A DNA stretch of 33,548 nt from Campylobacterota bacterium (lineage in GTDB: Bacteria; Campylobacterota; Campylobacteria; Campylobacterales; Sulfurovaceae): assembly GCA_034722955.1 (NCBI GenBank), contig JAYEOM010000103.1, positions 1 through 33,548 of the forward strand, written 5' to 3'. The notes beneath the pieces are model-generated. The model saw only the letters and a program-made list of their open reading frames with translations, was not told where the DNA came from and made no database searches. Made by a program: the position numbers and the translations under genes. Each line of letters starts with the position of its first letter. The first letter of the stretch is position 1. This document shows, piece by piece, positions 7,306 through 16,309 of the stretch.

Positions 7306-10300
7306 ATGAAAAAACAGAAACAAGAAAAAGTTAATAAAGTAGAATCAAAATATATAGATTCTGACTCTATGGATCTTGAACAAGAGAAGAGTATCATAAA
7401 ACCTTTTTTTGATGAGAGTTGGTATAAAAAAACTTTCAATGTTTATGATATGTGTCCGATAGAGCATTTTTGTAAATATGGTGTATATGAATTTAAAAAT
7501 CCAAATCAAGTATTTGATATTAAGTGGTATTTAAATGAGTATGAGGATGTCAGAAATGCAGGTGGAAATGCTTTTTATCACTATATTTTATTTGGAAAAT
7601 CAGAAAAAAGATTTCAAAATAAAAATGAAAAAAACCTTAGTACTTTAAAGTTGAATACAAAACCGTATTTTAACAAAAAAGAGTATGATTATATGAGTTT
7701 ATACTCATTTAATACAGATAAAAAAAACACTCTATTTCTTGACTATATCAAAGGAGATAGGAGAGGAGATTTGAAGAGTCTCTCCATCGGTGAAGATATT
7801 AAACTCTTGTCACTAGATATATGGGATACTGTTTTAAGAAGAAAATGTCATCCTGATGAGATTAAATTATCCTCTGCTAGATATCTATATTTAAATTATT
7901 TCAAGTATTTAAAACCTGCTTACAGAGATATGATCACTCTATACAAGAGTAGAAAAAAATCTGAAAACTTAGTGAGATTAACCGACGACTTCGAGTTTAG
8001 GTATGCTGATGCTGTTGAAATATGGCTTCCTATGATATTTGAGACAGGGACAACAACTGAAAAATTTCAAGAGCTAAAAGATAGATTGCTAAAGCATGAA
8101 TTCGATGCAGAATCAAGAAGTACCCAGAGAGACAGTGCAATGGACAGATTCTTATCCAATGCAAATTTCCCACAAACAATATTTGCTTCAGACTTCTATA
8201 TGCCTAGAAGTTTTATAGAAAAATTATTGATAAAAAACAGTCTAGATCATCACTTTACATCTGGTTATGCATCATGTGACTCAGTTAAAAACAAGCGTTC
8301 TGGCATGCTGTTTGATCACCTGATAGAAGAGTTTGATATCAAACCAGATGAGATCCTTCACATAGGGGACAATAAAAACAGTGATGTTGAGACTCCTTCT
8401 AGGAAAAATATCTTCTCTTATCATTATCACAACAGAGAAGAGGAGAAGCTTACTAAATGGTTTAAGGGAGGTTTGGATGATAGCTTAAATGGCTCCTCTT
8501 CTGTCCATTCTGAGAGAGTACTATCCATTTTGGAGGATTTGGCAAACCAACAGAGTAGTCAATTGGAAGCTTTAGGAGTGAGATTTGCGCCTGTTGCTGT
8601 TGGCTATATACTGCACATTATAGAAGATGCTAAAAAATTAGGTGTTGATAAAATTTTCTTTTTTACCAGAGAGGGTATTTTTCTGAAGGAGATTTATGAC
8701 TTGATTGTCCAGTTAGATCCTTATCATACAGACTATCCCAAAAGTATACTTTTGGATGTGAGCAGGATCGCTACTTTTGCTCCATCTCTGGAAAAAATAG
8801 ATACCACTAACTTAATGCGAATGTGGAATCAATATAGCACTCAAACCCCAAGGGCATTTTGTAAAACGATAAACATTGATAGTGACAGATCCAAAAGTCT
8901 ATTTGAGGAGTATAAATTTGATTATGATAAAGAGATTGTTCATCCATGGGAAAAGAGAGATTTTATCAGCCTGCTTGAATCAGATGAGTTCAAAAAGATC
9001 ATAGATAGTAGAGTAGCAGTACAAAAAAAGCTTCTTTTAAAGTACCTGTCCGACAAGGGATTGAGGGATAGTCAATCTCTATCTATAGTAGTTGATCTTG
9101 GCTGGAGAGGAACAATACAAGACAATATATCACATCTAATAGATGAGCGTATCCATGGTTGCTACCTTGGACTATTCACATATCTCAATCAACAGAGAGA
9201 TGAAGTGAGTAAATCGGGATGGCTTTTTGATAAAAATATAGTAGATGAAGATTGCTCCATAGAAGAGATAGGACCTATTGAGATGCTCTTTAATGGGCTA
9301 GGTGGGTCGGTGATCGGATATAGAGAGGTTAGTGGTACAGTTACTCCTATTACAAAAGAGGAGGAGAGTGAAGATCAAGTCTACAGAGACTATACTGTAC
9401 ATTTTCAAAATGGAATAAAAACAGCACTGGAGGGCTTGATAGAGTATATCTCCATTCATGCCATGACATCCAATGATCTAAAAGCCATCTCAAAATCACT
9501 ATTAGCCGGTTTGATCAATAATCCACCACACGAAATAGCAGAAGCTTTTTTCAAATTAACACATAACGAGACTTTTGGTGCAGGTTTATACCAAAAAATG
9601 GATAGCAAAGATCAATTTTTATCACAAATAAAAGATAAAAAAGGCTCTGATTTACATTTTGAAATTAGCTCTTTTTTAAAAAACAATAGATGGCCCGATG
9701 GTATTATCAATCTAAAGGAGATACAAAACTTAAAGAGCCTGAAGAGTCAAAATTTTACGCACTCTCCTATAGAGTTTTATAAAAAATTATTTCTAAATAA
9801 TCAAAAAACTGATTATAGAGTAGCCCTCTATGCTCCTAGCCCTCTCGTAGGTTCCGGGGGTCACAAAACACTCTACAACCTTGCTAGTAAATTTGTACAG
9901 GCAGGTTGTGAAGTATACTGCTTCATAGAGACTTTAGGGGAAGGTATTGATGCTGTCTATCACTATCTAGGTGAAAACAGAGCATTTGTATATGTAGGGT
10001 GGCCGGATGACTTAAAATTTGATTTAGCTATTGCTACGATTGCACACTCGGCCAAATTTGTATCCGATCTTAAAAATGTCAAATATAAAGCCTACTTAGT
10101 TCAAGATTTTGAAGCATGGTTTAACCCTGTAGGAGATACTTATACCATGGCAGAAAACAGTTACTCTCATGGACTGCTTCATTTTACTGTTGGCAACTTC
10201 TTGACACATATGCTTACAAATCAATATGGTGCCAAAGCCATACCTTCGGGTTTGGGAATAGATACAAATATCTATTTTGATAAAGGGGAGGAGAGAGAAG

Positions 10301-10944
10301 ATGCGATCAGTTTTCTATATCAACCAGAAAAAGATAGAAGAAATCCAAAATTAGCTATAGAAGCACTGAGAATAGTCAAAGAGAAAAATCCCGATATAAA
10401 GATCTATATATATGGTTCTGATCTACCGTTAACATTAGATTTTGAAGTGGTAAACTTAGGCTTTATAAATGATCTTACGGAGTTAAACAATCTATACAAT
10501 AAGTGTCAGATAGGGTTGTGTATCAGTATGTCAAATCCATCTCGTATTCCTTTTGAATTTATGGCAGCAGGTGTTGTACCGGTTGATCTATATAGATATA
10601 ATAATCTTCTTGATTATCCATCCAATACACTTAAACTAGCATATCAATCATCCCAATCAATAGCCGATGCTATCATTGAATTGACTGAAAATAGAGAAGA
10701 GCTTGAGGAGAGACAGAGATTAGGAAAATCATTTGCCCATACTAAAACTTTAGAGTGGGAGATGGATGTCTTTGTCAACAGTGCCTTAAGCCTTTTAAAT
10801 GGACAGAAGCTAGATACTACTGAAGTAAAATCCAACTATCACGAAGAGCCATATATCGCCAAACAAGATATGAGCAGAGAGGTTATAGCTTTTTGCAATT
10901 GGCAAAAGAGATTGGCAACAAATAACATAGTAATGGATAATTGA
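7306..10944 (+). CDS. Multidomain glycan biosynthesis protein: FDxxWY repeats + HAD phosphatase + PRT-like domain + GT-B glycosyltransferase (WsaF-like)
   Basis: SLDIWDT and HIGDN..SD (HAD); FFTREG and VDLGWRGTIQ; GSGGHKT, IAT..HSA, YLVQDFE.WF and SRIPFEFMAAG (GT-B). Confidence 0.75.
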   Translation: MKKQKQEKVNKVESKYIDSDSMDLEQEKSIIKPFFDESWYKKTFNVYDMCPIEHFCKYGVYEFKNPNQVFDIKWYLNEYEDVRNAGGNAFYHYILFGKSEKRFQNKNEKNLSTLKLNTKPYFNKKEYDYMSLYSFNTDKKNTLFLDYIKGDRRGDLKSLSIGEDIKLLSLDIWDTVLRRKCHPDEIKLSSARYLYLNYFKYLKPAYRDMITLYKSRKKSENLVRLTDDFEFRYADAVEIWLPMIFETGTTTEKFQELKDRLLKHEFDAESRSTQRDSAMDRFLSNANFPQTIFASDFYMPRSFIEKLLIKNSLDHHFTSGYASCDSVKNKRSGMLFDHLIEEFDIKPDEILHIGDNKNSDVETPSRKNIFSYHYHNREEEKLTKWFKGGLDDSLNGSSSVHSERVLSILEDLANQQSSQLEALGVRFAPVAVGYILHIIEDAKKLGVDKIFFFTREGIFLKEIYDLIVQLDPYHTDYPKSILLDVSRIATFAPSLEKIDTTNLMRMWNQYSTQTPRAFCKTINIDSDRSKSLFEEYKFDYDKEIVHPWEKRDFISLLESDEFKKIIDSRVAVQKKLLLKYLSDKGLRDSQSLSIVVDLGWRGTIQDNISHLIDERIHGCYLGLFTYLNQQRDEVSKSGWLFDKNIVDEDCSIEEIGPIEMLFNGLGGSVIGYREVSGTVTPITKEEESEDQVYRDYTVHFQNGIKTALEGLIEYISIHAMTSNDLKAISKSLLAGLINNPPHEIAEAFFKLTHNETFGAGLYQKMDSKDQFLSQIKDKKGSDLHFEISSFLKNNRWPDGIINLKEIQNLKSLKSQNFTHSPIEFYKKLFLNNQKTDYRVALYAPSPLVGSGGHKTLYNLASKFVQAGCEVYCFIETLGEGIDAVYHYLGENRAFVYVGWPDDLKFDLAIATIAHSAKFVSDLKNVKYKAYLVQDFEAWFNPVGDTYTMAENSYSHGLLHFTVGNFLTHMLTNQYGAKAIPSGLGIDTNIYFDKGEEREDAISFLYQPEKDRRNPKLAIEALRIVKEKNPDIKIYIYGSDLPLTLDFEVVNLGFINDLTELNNLYNKCQIGLCISMSNPSRIPFEFMAAGVVPVDLYRYNNLLDYPSNTLKLAYQSSQSIADAIIELTENREELEERQRLGKSFAHTKTLEWEMDVFVNSALSLLNGQKLDTTEVKSNYHEEPYIAKQDMSREVIAFCNWQKRLATNNIVMDN

Positions 10945-11816
10945 TGAAGAGACTATTTTTGCATATTGGTTTTCACAAAACAGGTACATCAGCACTACAA
11001 GAGTATCTGGATGAAAATAGAGAAAAGTTGATAAAAAATGGGATTTTTTACCCCAAAAGCCACAGTAGTTTATTCCCTGGAAATGTTGATCTATCTTGGG
11101 CATTTGACAAAACACCTCCTAGCTGGTCTTCTGTTGATAAAACGAATAAAAATGATATTATCAAATACTATAAAGATCAGATTGATGAGACAAGTTGTGA
11201 AACTATTATCATCTCAAGTGAAGATTTTGTACTGCTTGATGGACAGAGTGATTCAATTGAAAAAATAAGAAAATTTTTTATTGATTATGATACAAAAATT
11301 ATAGCTTATGTAAGGGAGCCGATAGAGTTTATCCTATCACTCTATAGCCATGCGGTAAGATCCAGATCTATCAACTGCTCCTTCAAAAAATATATTGCTG
11401 AAAAATATAGTTTCAGGGCTGCAGACTATCCTACCAGACTCCAACCGTGGATAAAAATATTTGGAAGAGAAAATTTGATTGTCAAAAAATATTTAACAGC
11501 AGAATTTGTAAACAGCAATCTAGTTGATGATTTTTTTGCAGCGACAGGTATAGAGGTAGAGGTAGATAAAACCATGAATAGATCAAATATAGGTATTCAT
11601 CCATGGCTCATTCAACCATATATCGAAATCTCCTCTGCCAATATCGTTGAAAAGATAAAAGTAAAAAAGCTCAGGGAACTATCACTGTTAGGCTTAGATC
11701 TTCCAAAAGAGGATACATTGCGTTATCTGCTAGAGAAAGAGGATTTAGAGATCATAAGAAACTCTTATCAAGTTAGTAGAAATCGTCTAAAGAGAGATTT
11801 TGGAATAGAGTTTTAA
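10944..11816 (+). CDS. Sulfotransferase-like P-loop protein
   Basis: LHIGFHKTGTSALQ (5'-PSB-like) and YVREP....LS.Y (3'-PB-like) motifs. Coupled to the upstream gene by TGATG. Confidence 0.72.
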   Translation: MKRLFLHIGFHKTGTSALQEYLDENREKLIKNGIFYPKSHSSLFPGNVDLSWAFDKTPPSWSSVDKTNKNDIIKYYKDQIDETSCETIIISSEDFVLLDGQSDSIEKIRKFFIDYDTKIIAYVREPIEFILSLYSHAVRSRSINCSFKKYIAEKYSFRAADYPTRLQPWIKIFGRENLIVKKYLTAEFVNSNLVDDFFAATGIEVEVDKTMNRSNIGIHPWLIQPYIEISSANIVEKIKVKKLRELSLLGLDLPKEDTLRYLLEKEDLEIIRNSYQVSRNRLKRDFGIEF

Positions 11817-12130
11817 CTATTCATAATCTCATAGGGTCTCTCTAGCTGTGTTACTAGTTGATGCAGACTTACAGTTCGACCCTCTCTAGTAAACTCTCGC
11901 CCATCCAAAAAGATGATCACTGTAGGGACCGTAAAGACTTGAAAATATGCTGATATTTCGGCATTGTCATGAGCATCGAGATAGATCTGTTTGAGCAGAG
12001 GAAAATGTGTATCAAATGCCTCTTTGAACTTGGGACGCAGAGCATGGCAAACATTGCAATTTTCTCCGGAAAAATAGAGCATAATCCCTACTTCGGAGCT
12101 AATCTCCTCTTGTAACTCTTTGATTGTCAT
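11813..12130 (-). CDS. Thioredoxin-family protein (CNVC)
   Basis: YFSGENCNVC and VFTVPTV.IF.DG.E motifs; ATG at 12130 follows an AAGG SD. Confidence 0.82.
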   Translation of the reverse strand: MTIKELQEEISSEVGIMLYFSGENCNVCHALRPKFKEAFDTHFPLLKQIYLDAHDNAEISAYFQVFTVPTVIIFLDGREFTREGRTVSLHQLVTQLERPYEIMNS

Positions 12131-12239
12131 TGTGTACCTTTCTATAATTTTACGAACTATACCCATCAAGACTTTGACATAACTTAAGCCCATTAGAGTT
12201 ATAATGCGAGAAATATTTTACTTTTCACAAGGATCAAAA

Positions 12240-12977
12240 ATGGGTAGAGCGTTTGAGTATCGTAAAGCAGCCAAAATGAAACGATGGGGAACGATGTCCA
12301 GAGTCTTTCCAAAACTAGGCAAAATCATAACGATGGCAGCCAAAGATGGCGGTACTGACCCAGAGATGAATCCCAAGCTGCGTACAGCTATCCTCAATGC
12401 CAAAGCACAAAATATGCCAAAAGACAATATCGAAGCAGCGATCAAGAGAGCTAGTGGCAAGGATGCTGCCGACATCAAAGAGATCAGTTATGAAGCCAAG
12501 GGACATCATGGGGTACTTCTGTTTATAGATTGTGCAACAGATAATAATACACGAACAGTGGCCAATATAAAAGCAATACTTACTCGTAATGGTGGAGATG
12601 CACTTCAAAATGGATCATTGGACTTTATGTTTACACGCAAATCACTCTTTACATTTGACAAAACTGATGATATGGATCTCGAAGAGCTTGAGCTTGATCT
12701 TATAGATTTTGGTCTAGAGGAGATAGAGGAGGATCTGGAGCCTCAGGAGAATGATGACGATAAAGAGATCATTAGAATCTTTGGAGAATTTTCATCTTTT
12801 GGAGATCTATCACATGCTCTCGAAGAGAGAGGGATTCAAGTGACAAAAGCTGAGTTGCAACGAATCGCAAATACCCCTATAGAGCTCACAGAAAAACAGA
12901 TGGATGAGATCGACAAACTCATCGACAAACTCGAAGATGATGAGGATGTGCAGGCAGTCTATACCAACATCGCATAA
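12240..12977 (+). CDS. yebC: YebC/PmpR family protein
   Basis: MGRAFEYRK start, [29 protein letters not shown] and EDDEDVQ.VY.N motifs. Confidence 0.93.
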   Translation: MGRAFEYRKAAKMKRWGTMSRVFPKLGKIITMAAKDGGTDPEMNPKLRTAILNAKAQNMPKDNIEAAIKRASGKDAADIKEISYEAKGHHGVLLFIDCATDNNTRTVANIKAILTRNGGDALQNGSLDFMFTRKSLFTFDKTDDMDLEELELDLIDFGLEEIEEDLEPQENDDDKEIIRIFGEFSSFGDLSHALEERGIQVTKAELQRIANTPIELTEKQMDEIDKLIDKLEDDEDVQAVYTNIA

Positions 12978-12984
12978 TAAAATT

Positions 12985-13003
12985 GGGTATGAAAATCATA
13001 CCC
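12985..13003. terminator. Hairpin between convergent yebC and ABC-F genes
   Basis: GGGTATGA-AAA-TCATACCC, a perfect 8-bp stem between two stop codons. Confidence 0.65.
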
Positions 13004-13010
13004 TCCAAAA

Positions 13011-14606
13011 TCAGTGTCCATACTGCTCTACAAATGATTCATAATCTCCCTCGAAATCTATCACTGTTCCATCTTCATCTATCTTGATGATGCGATTGGC
13101 AAAAGCATCGATCAGCTCTCTATCATGAGAGACGCAGATGATGCCGCCCTGATAGTTATGCAACGCTTCACCCAATGCAACAATCGCTTCAAGATCCAAG
13201 TGGTTGTTGGGCTCATCAAGGATAAGGAAGTTGGCACTATCCATCATCATTTTAGAGAGCATTACACGATGTTTCTCCCCACCAGAGCAGGCTGAGACCA
13301 TCTTCTCTTGCTCTTCACCCGAAAATAGCATCCTGCCAAGTACCTTGCGGAGTTCATCAATATGCCACTTTGGGTCATGACCCTGAAGCCAATCATAGAG
13401 TTTCAAATCTCCGGTTACTATGTCTGTTGCATTTTGCGGAAAGTAACTACTTGTGATAGTCTGTCCCCATTTGAAACTTCCTGCATCTGGAGTGATCTTC
13501 TCCATTAGTATCTCGAGGAGAGTTGTTTTACCTACGCCATTGGTACCGATCAGAGCGATCTTGTCACCCCTCTCTACTTTGAGTGATAGATCTTTGAAAA
13601 CCTCCTCTCCATCATAACTCTTGCTCAGAGCTGTAATCTCAAGTACTTCATTTCCTATATCTCTATGTGGTCTAAACATAATAGATGGATCTCTACGGCT
13701 AGAGAGCTCTATATCTGCTACATCTAGCTTATCTAGTTGTTTTTGACGACTTGTTGCCTGTTTTGCCTTGGAAGCATTGGCAGAAAATCGTGCGATAAAC
13801 TTCTCCAACTCATCCTTCTCTTTGAGTGCTTTGTTTCGATCTGTCTCTGCCTGCTTGGCAACAAGATTTGCTGCAATATACCAATCATCATAATTGCCAG
13901 TAAACCCTCTGATCTTTGAAAAGTCAAGATCGAGGATATGTGTTACGACACCATTGAGAAAGTGTCTATCATGAGATATGACTACCATCACACCATCATG
14001 TCGCTTGAGTTCATTCTCCAACCATCCGATAGTCTCTATATCCAAGTTGTTGGTAGGCTCATCCAAAAGAAGTATATCTGGCTTTAGGAAAAGTACCTGT
14101 GCGAGTAAAATCTTGAATTTGTCTCCGCCTGTGAGTGAACTCATCAGCTCATCATGCCCTGCAGCCGGAAACCCTAATGCTTCGAGAAGTTTCTCGATCT
14201 TAACTTCACTCTCATAAGTAGGATCTTCATCTGCACAGATCATCTCTAGCTCAGCTAGTCTATTGTTGACAGCATCATCTTCAAAATCACCCTCCAAGTA
14301 GAGTTTCTCCTTCTCCTTCTGGGCATCATAGAGTCTCCTGTTACCATAAAGTACAGCATCCTTGAGTGTAAACTCTTCAAATGCATACTGGTTCTGTCCC
14401 AACATTCCCAGCTTGCTTCCAGGCTGGATCTGGATCTCTCCGTCAGTAGGCTCCATCTCACCAGAGAGTATCTTCATCAATGTAGATTTACCGGCGCCAT
14501 TGGCACCGATCAAGCCATATCGTTTTCCCTGGTCAAGTGTGATAGAGATCTTATCAAAGAGTACTCTCTTACCATATCGTTGTGTTAGATTGACTGTAGT
14601 TAACAA
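13011..14606 (-). CDS. ABC-F family ATPase (YbiT-like)
   Basis: Two NBDs (GANGAGKST, GTNGVGKTT; LLLDEPTN.LD, SHDR), a GNYDDW linker and no TM segments. TTG start. Confidence 0.92.
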   Translation of the reverse strand: MLTTVNLTQRYGKRVLFDKISITLDQGKRYGLIGANGAGKSTLMKILSGEMEPTDGEIQIQPGSKLGMLGQNQYAFEEFTLKDAVLYGNRRLYDAQKEKEKLYLEGDFEDDAVNNRLAELEMICADEDPTYESEVKIEKLLEALGFPAAGHDELMSSLTGGDKFKILLAQVLFLKPDILLLDEPTNNLDIETIGWLENELKRHDGVMVVISHDRHFLNGVVTHILDLDFSKIRGFTGNYDDWYIAANLVAKQAETDRNKALKEKDELEKFIARFSANASKAKQATSRQKQLDKLDVADIELSSRRDPSIMFRPHRDIGNEVLEITALSKSYDGEEVFKDLSLKVERGDKIALIGTNGVGKTTLLEILMEKITPDAGSFKWGQTITSSYFPQNATDIVTGDLKLYDWLQGHDPKWHIDELRKVLGRMLFSGEEQEKMVSACSGGEKHRVMLSKMMMDSANFLILDEPNNHLDLEAIVALGEALHNYQGGIICVSHDRELIDAFANRIIKIDEDGTVIDFEGDYESFVEQYGH

Positions 14607-14750
14607 GTTGTTTCCTTCTGGTTGATATCCTATATAATATCAACATAATATTTGCTTGCTATTTTATCCAAATGAGCTGAAAAGTGAAATAGATTGGAGG
14701 AGGTAGCCTAATAGTAAAGTAATGAATAGAGAACAGATGAGGGAGAATTT

Positions 14751-14771
14751 CCAAAGCCTTGAAGGCTCTGG
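14751..14771 (-). terminator. Hairpin downstream of cytochrome c553
   Basis: Minus strand CCAGAGCC-TTCAA-GGCTTTGG (one G-U pair), 7 nt after the stop codon. Confidence 0.55.
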
Positions 14772-14778
14772 TAAAGAG

Positions 14779-15075
14779 TTACTTCATTGCAGCGATATGA
14801 TCAGCTACAGCCTTCATAGCAGCATCATCCATAGAAGCTACTTGACCTTTCATAACACCACCCATACCGTTTACATTGAGTGTGCCAGCCTTGTAACCTT
14901 GAAGTTGCTCTACAGTTTTAGCAGCATCTTGACCTGCAATAATAGCAGATTTACCAAGTGCAGCTTTTTCACCGTTAGTTCCGTGACACCCTGCACATTT
15001 AGCGTATGCAGCAGCACCGTCTGCCATCAAAAGAGTAGATCCTGCGAATAACATTGCAATTGCGATTTTTTTCAT
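14779..15075 (-). CDS. Periplasmic monohaem cytochrome c553
   Basis: Signal peptide MKKIAIAML, CAGCH, and GMGGVMKGQ with a distal Met ligand; AAGGA SD. Confidence 0.93.
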   Translation of the reverse strand: MKKIAIAMLFAGSTLLMADGAAAYAKCAGCHGTNGEKAALGKSAIIAGQDAAKTVEQLQGYKAGTLNVNGMGGVMKGQVASMDDAAMKAVADHIAAMK

Positions 15076-15173
15076 ATATTTTCCTTGTGGTTGTAGTAGT
15101 TTATCATTCCGTTGCAAGCAACGGAAAAAGCTTTAAGTATATAGATAATTTTGTACAGTTAAGTAGGGATTAC

Positions 15174-15491
15174 TTAACAGCTTGGAACATTACCTGAATC
15201 AGATGCATACTCATAAATGAAGTCATAAACATGAGTATCCCACTTATCTTTATAACTCTTTAGCTTAGGACAAAGAGTCTTGATCTCATCACCAAGTTTA
15301 CCGGCATCTTTGATCTCTTGCCACTCATCTTGTGTATGTTTTGCAGCAAATTTAGCACCTGTAAAACCACACGCACCCTTCAACTTCTTAGAGTAGAGCT
15401 TTTGTCCTTTAGTAACATCCGCAGATGCAGTTGTAGATACTACAGCAAGTGCGAAGATCGCAGCGAGTGCCAATTTTGTAAATTTAGTCAT
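15174..15491 (-). CDS. Secreted cytochrome-c-like protein lacking CXXCH (paralog 1)
   Basis: Signal peptide, ADVTKGQKLY helix, C-x10-H, CP and terminal VPSC. Confidence 0.7.
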   Translation of the reverse strand: MTKFTKLALAAIFALAVVSTTASADVTKGQKLYSKKLKGACGFTGAKFAAKHTQDEWQEIKDAGKLGDEIKTLCPKLKSYKDKWDTHVYDFIYEYASDSGNVPSC

Positions 15492-15541
15492 ATAGATCCT
15501 TTTTGTTATGTTAAGTTACAATAAAAAGAATAGTGAAAAAT

Positions 15542-15559
15542 TGTGAAGTGATTGTGAAA
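15542..15559 (-). promoter_or_regulatory. OmpR-family direct-repeat box (DccR-type WTTCAC-N6-TTCACW)
   Basis: Minus strand TTTCAC-AATCAC-TTCACA, with a third half-site TTCACT at 15537-15532, about 50 nt upstream of the ATG at 15491. Confidence 0.65.
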
Positions 15560-15591
15560 TATAGATAGCAGATAGAGCAAAGTCTATCAAC

Positions 15592-15915
15592 TCAACAATT
15601 TGGAACATGAGAGCTATCTGCGGCATATTTATAAGCAAAATCATAAATATCCGGCCACCAATCTTTTTTGATTTGATCAAGTTTCACTCTAGGGCATATC
15701 TTTTTGATTTCATCTGGAAACTTACCACTATCATAGATCTCTCTCCACTCATCCTGAGAGTGGGAACGAGCAAGTCTTACACCAGAGAAACCACAGGATT
15801 TTCGTAATTTCTTCTTGTATAGCTTCTGACCTTTGTCTGCATCTGCATTTAGTACCGTAGTTGTACCTACTATTGATATAGCAGCTATAGTTATAATTAA
15901 AAGTAATTTTTTCAT
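15592..15915 (-). CDS. Secreted cytochrome-c-like protein lacking CXXCH (paralog 2)
   Basis: Same pattern as 15174-15491: ADADKGQKLY, CGFSG..LA..HSQDEW, CP and terminal VPNC. Confidence 0.7.
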   Translation of the reverse strand: MKKLLLIITIAAISIVGTTTVLNADADKGQKLYKKKLRKSCGFSGVRLARSHSQDEWREIYDSGKFPDEIKKICPRVKLDQIKKDWWPDIYDFAYKYAADSSHVPNC

Positions 15916-15976
15916 CTACCGTACTCCCGAATAATATTAATAATAATAATGATTCATCAATTGGCTATATTATAGT

Positions 15977-16309
15977 CTACTTAAGCTTATTTAATACTTT
16001 ATATTTATCCCAATAGATCTCTATCGCTTCATCTAATGCTTTGTCACTTATCTTTAGAGGCTTTTTGATGGTAAAATTTTTCAAAAAAAGCTCAGACATC
16101 ACTGAAGTATCTCGTCTGGGATAACGCATAAAATGCTTTAGTGCTGCTTTGGTATTTATCTCTCCGCTATATACAGAGAGATAATTCATAAACATTCTCT
16201 GAAGTGACATAGGCAGATCCTTGTGGCACTCAATGCAGTGTTGTTGATAAGCATCTTGGCTTGAGAGTGATATAGTTATACCTACTATTACTATTGTGAT
16301 CCTTACCAT
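15977..16309 (-). CDS. Putative monohaem c-type cytochrome
   Basis: Hydrophobic N-terminus and CIECH; start overlaps the kinase stop (ATGGTAA). Confidence 0.7.
   Translation of the reverse strand: MVRITIVIVGITISLSSQDAYQQHCIECHKDLPMSLQRMFMNYLSVYSGEINTKAALKHFMRYPRRDTSVMSELFLKNFTIKKPLKISDKALDEAIEIYWDKYKVLNKLK

Noticed and set aside
12174..12205. TTGACA...TATAAT as a canonical sigma70 promoter for yebC
   Set aside because: The 20-nt spacing is too long; only the -10 hexamer is plausible.
14702..14711. GGTAGCCTAA as a sixth repeat end
   Set aside because: It is intergenic and has TWA, but only 7 bp match, so chance cannot be excluded.
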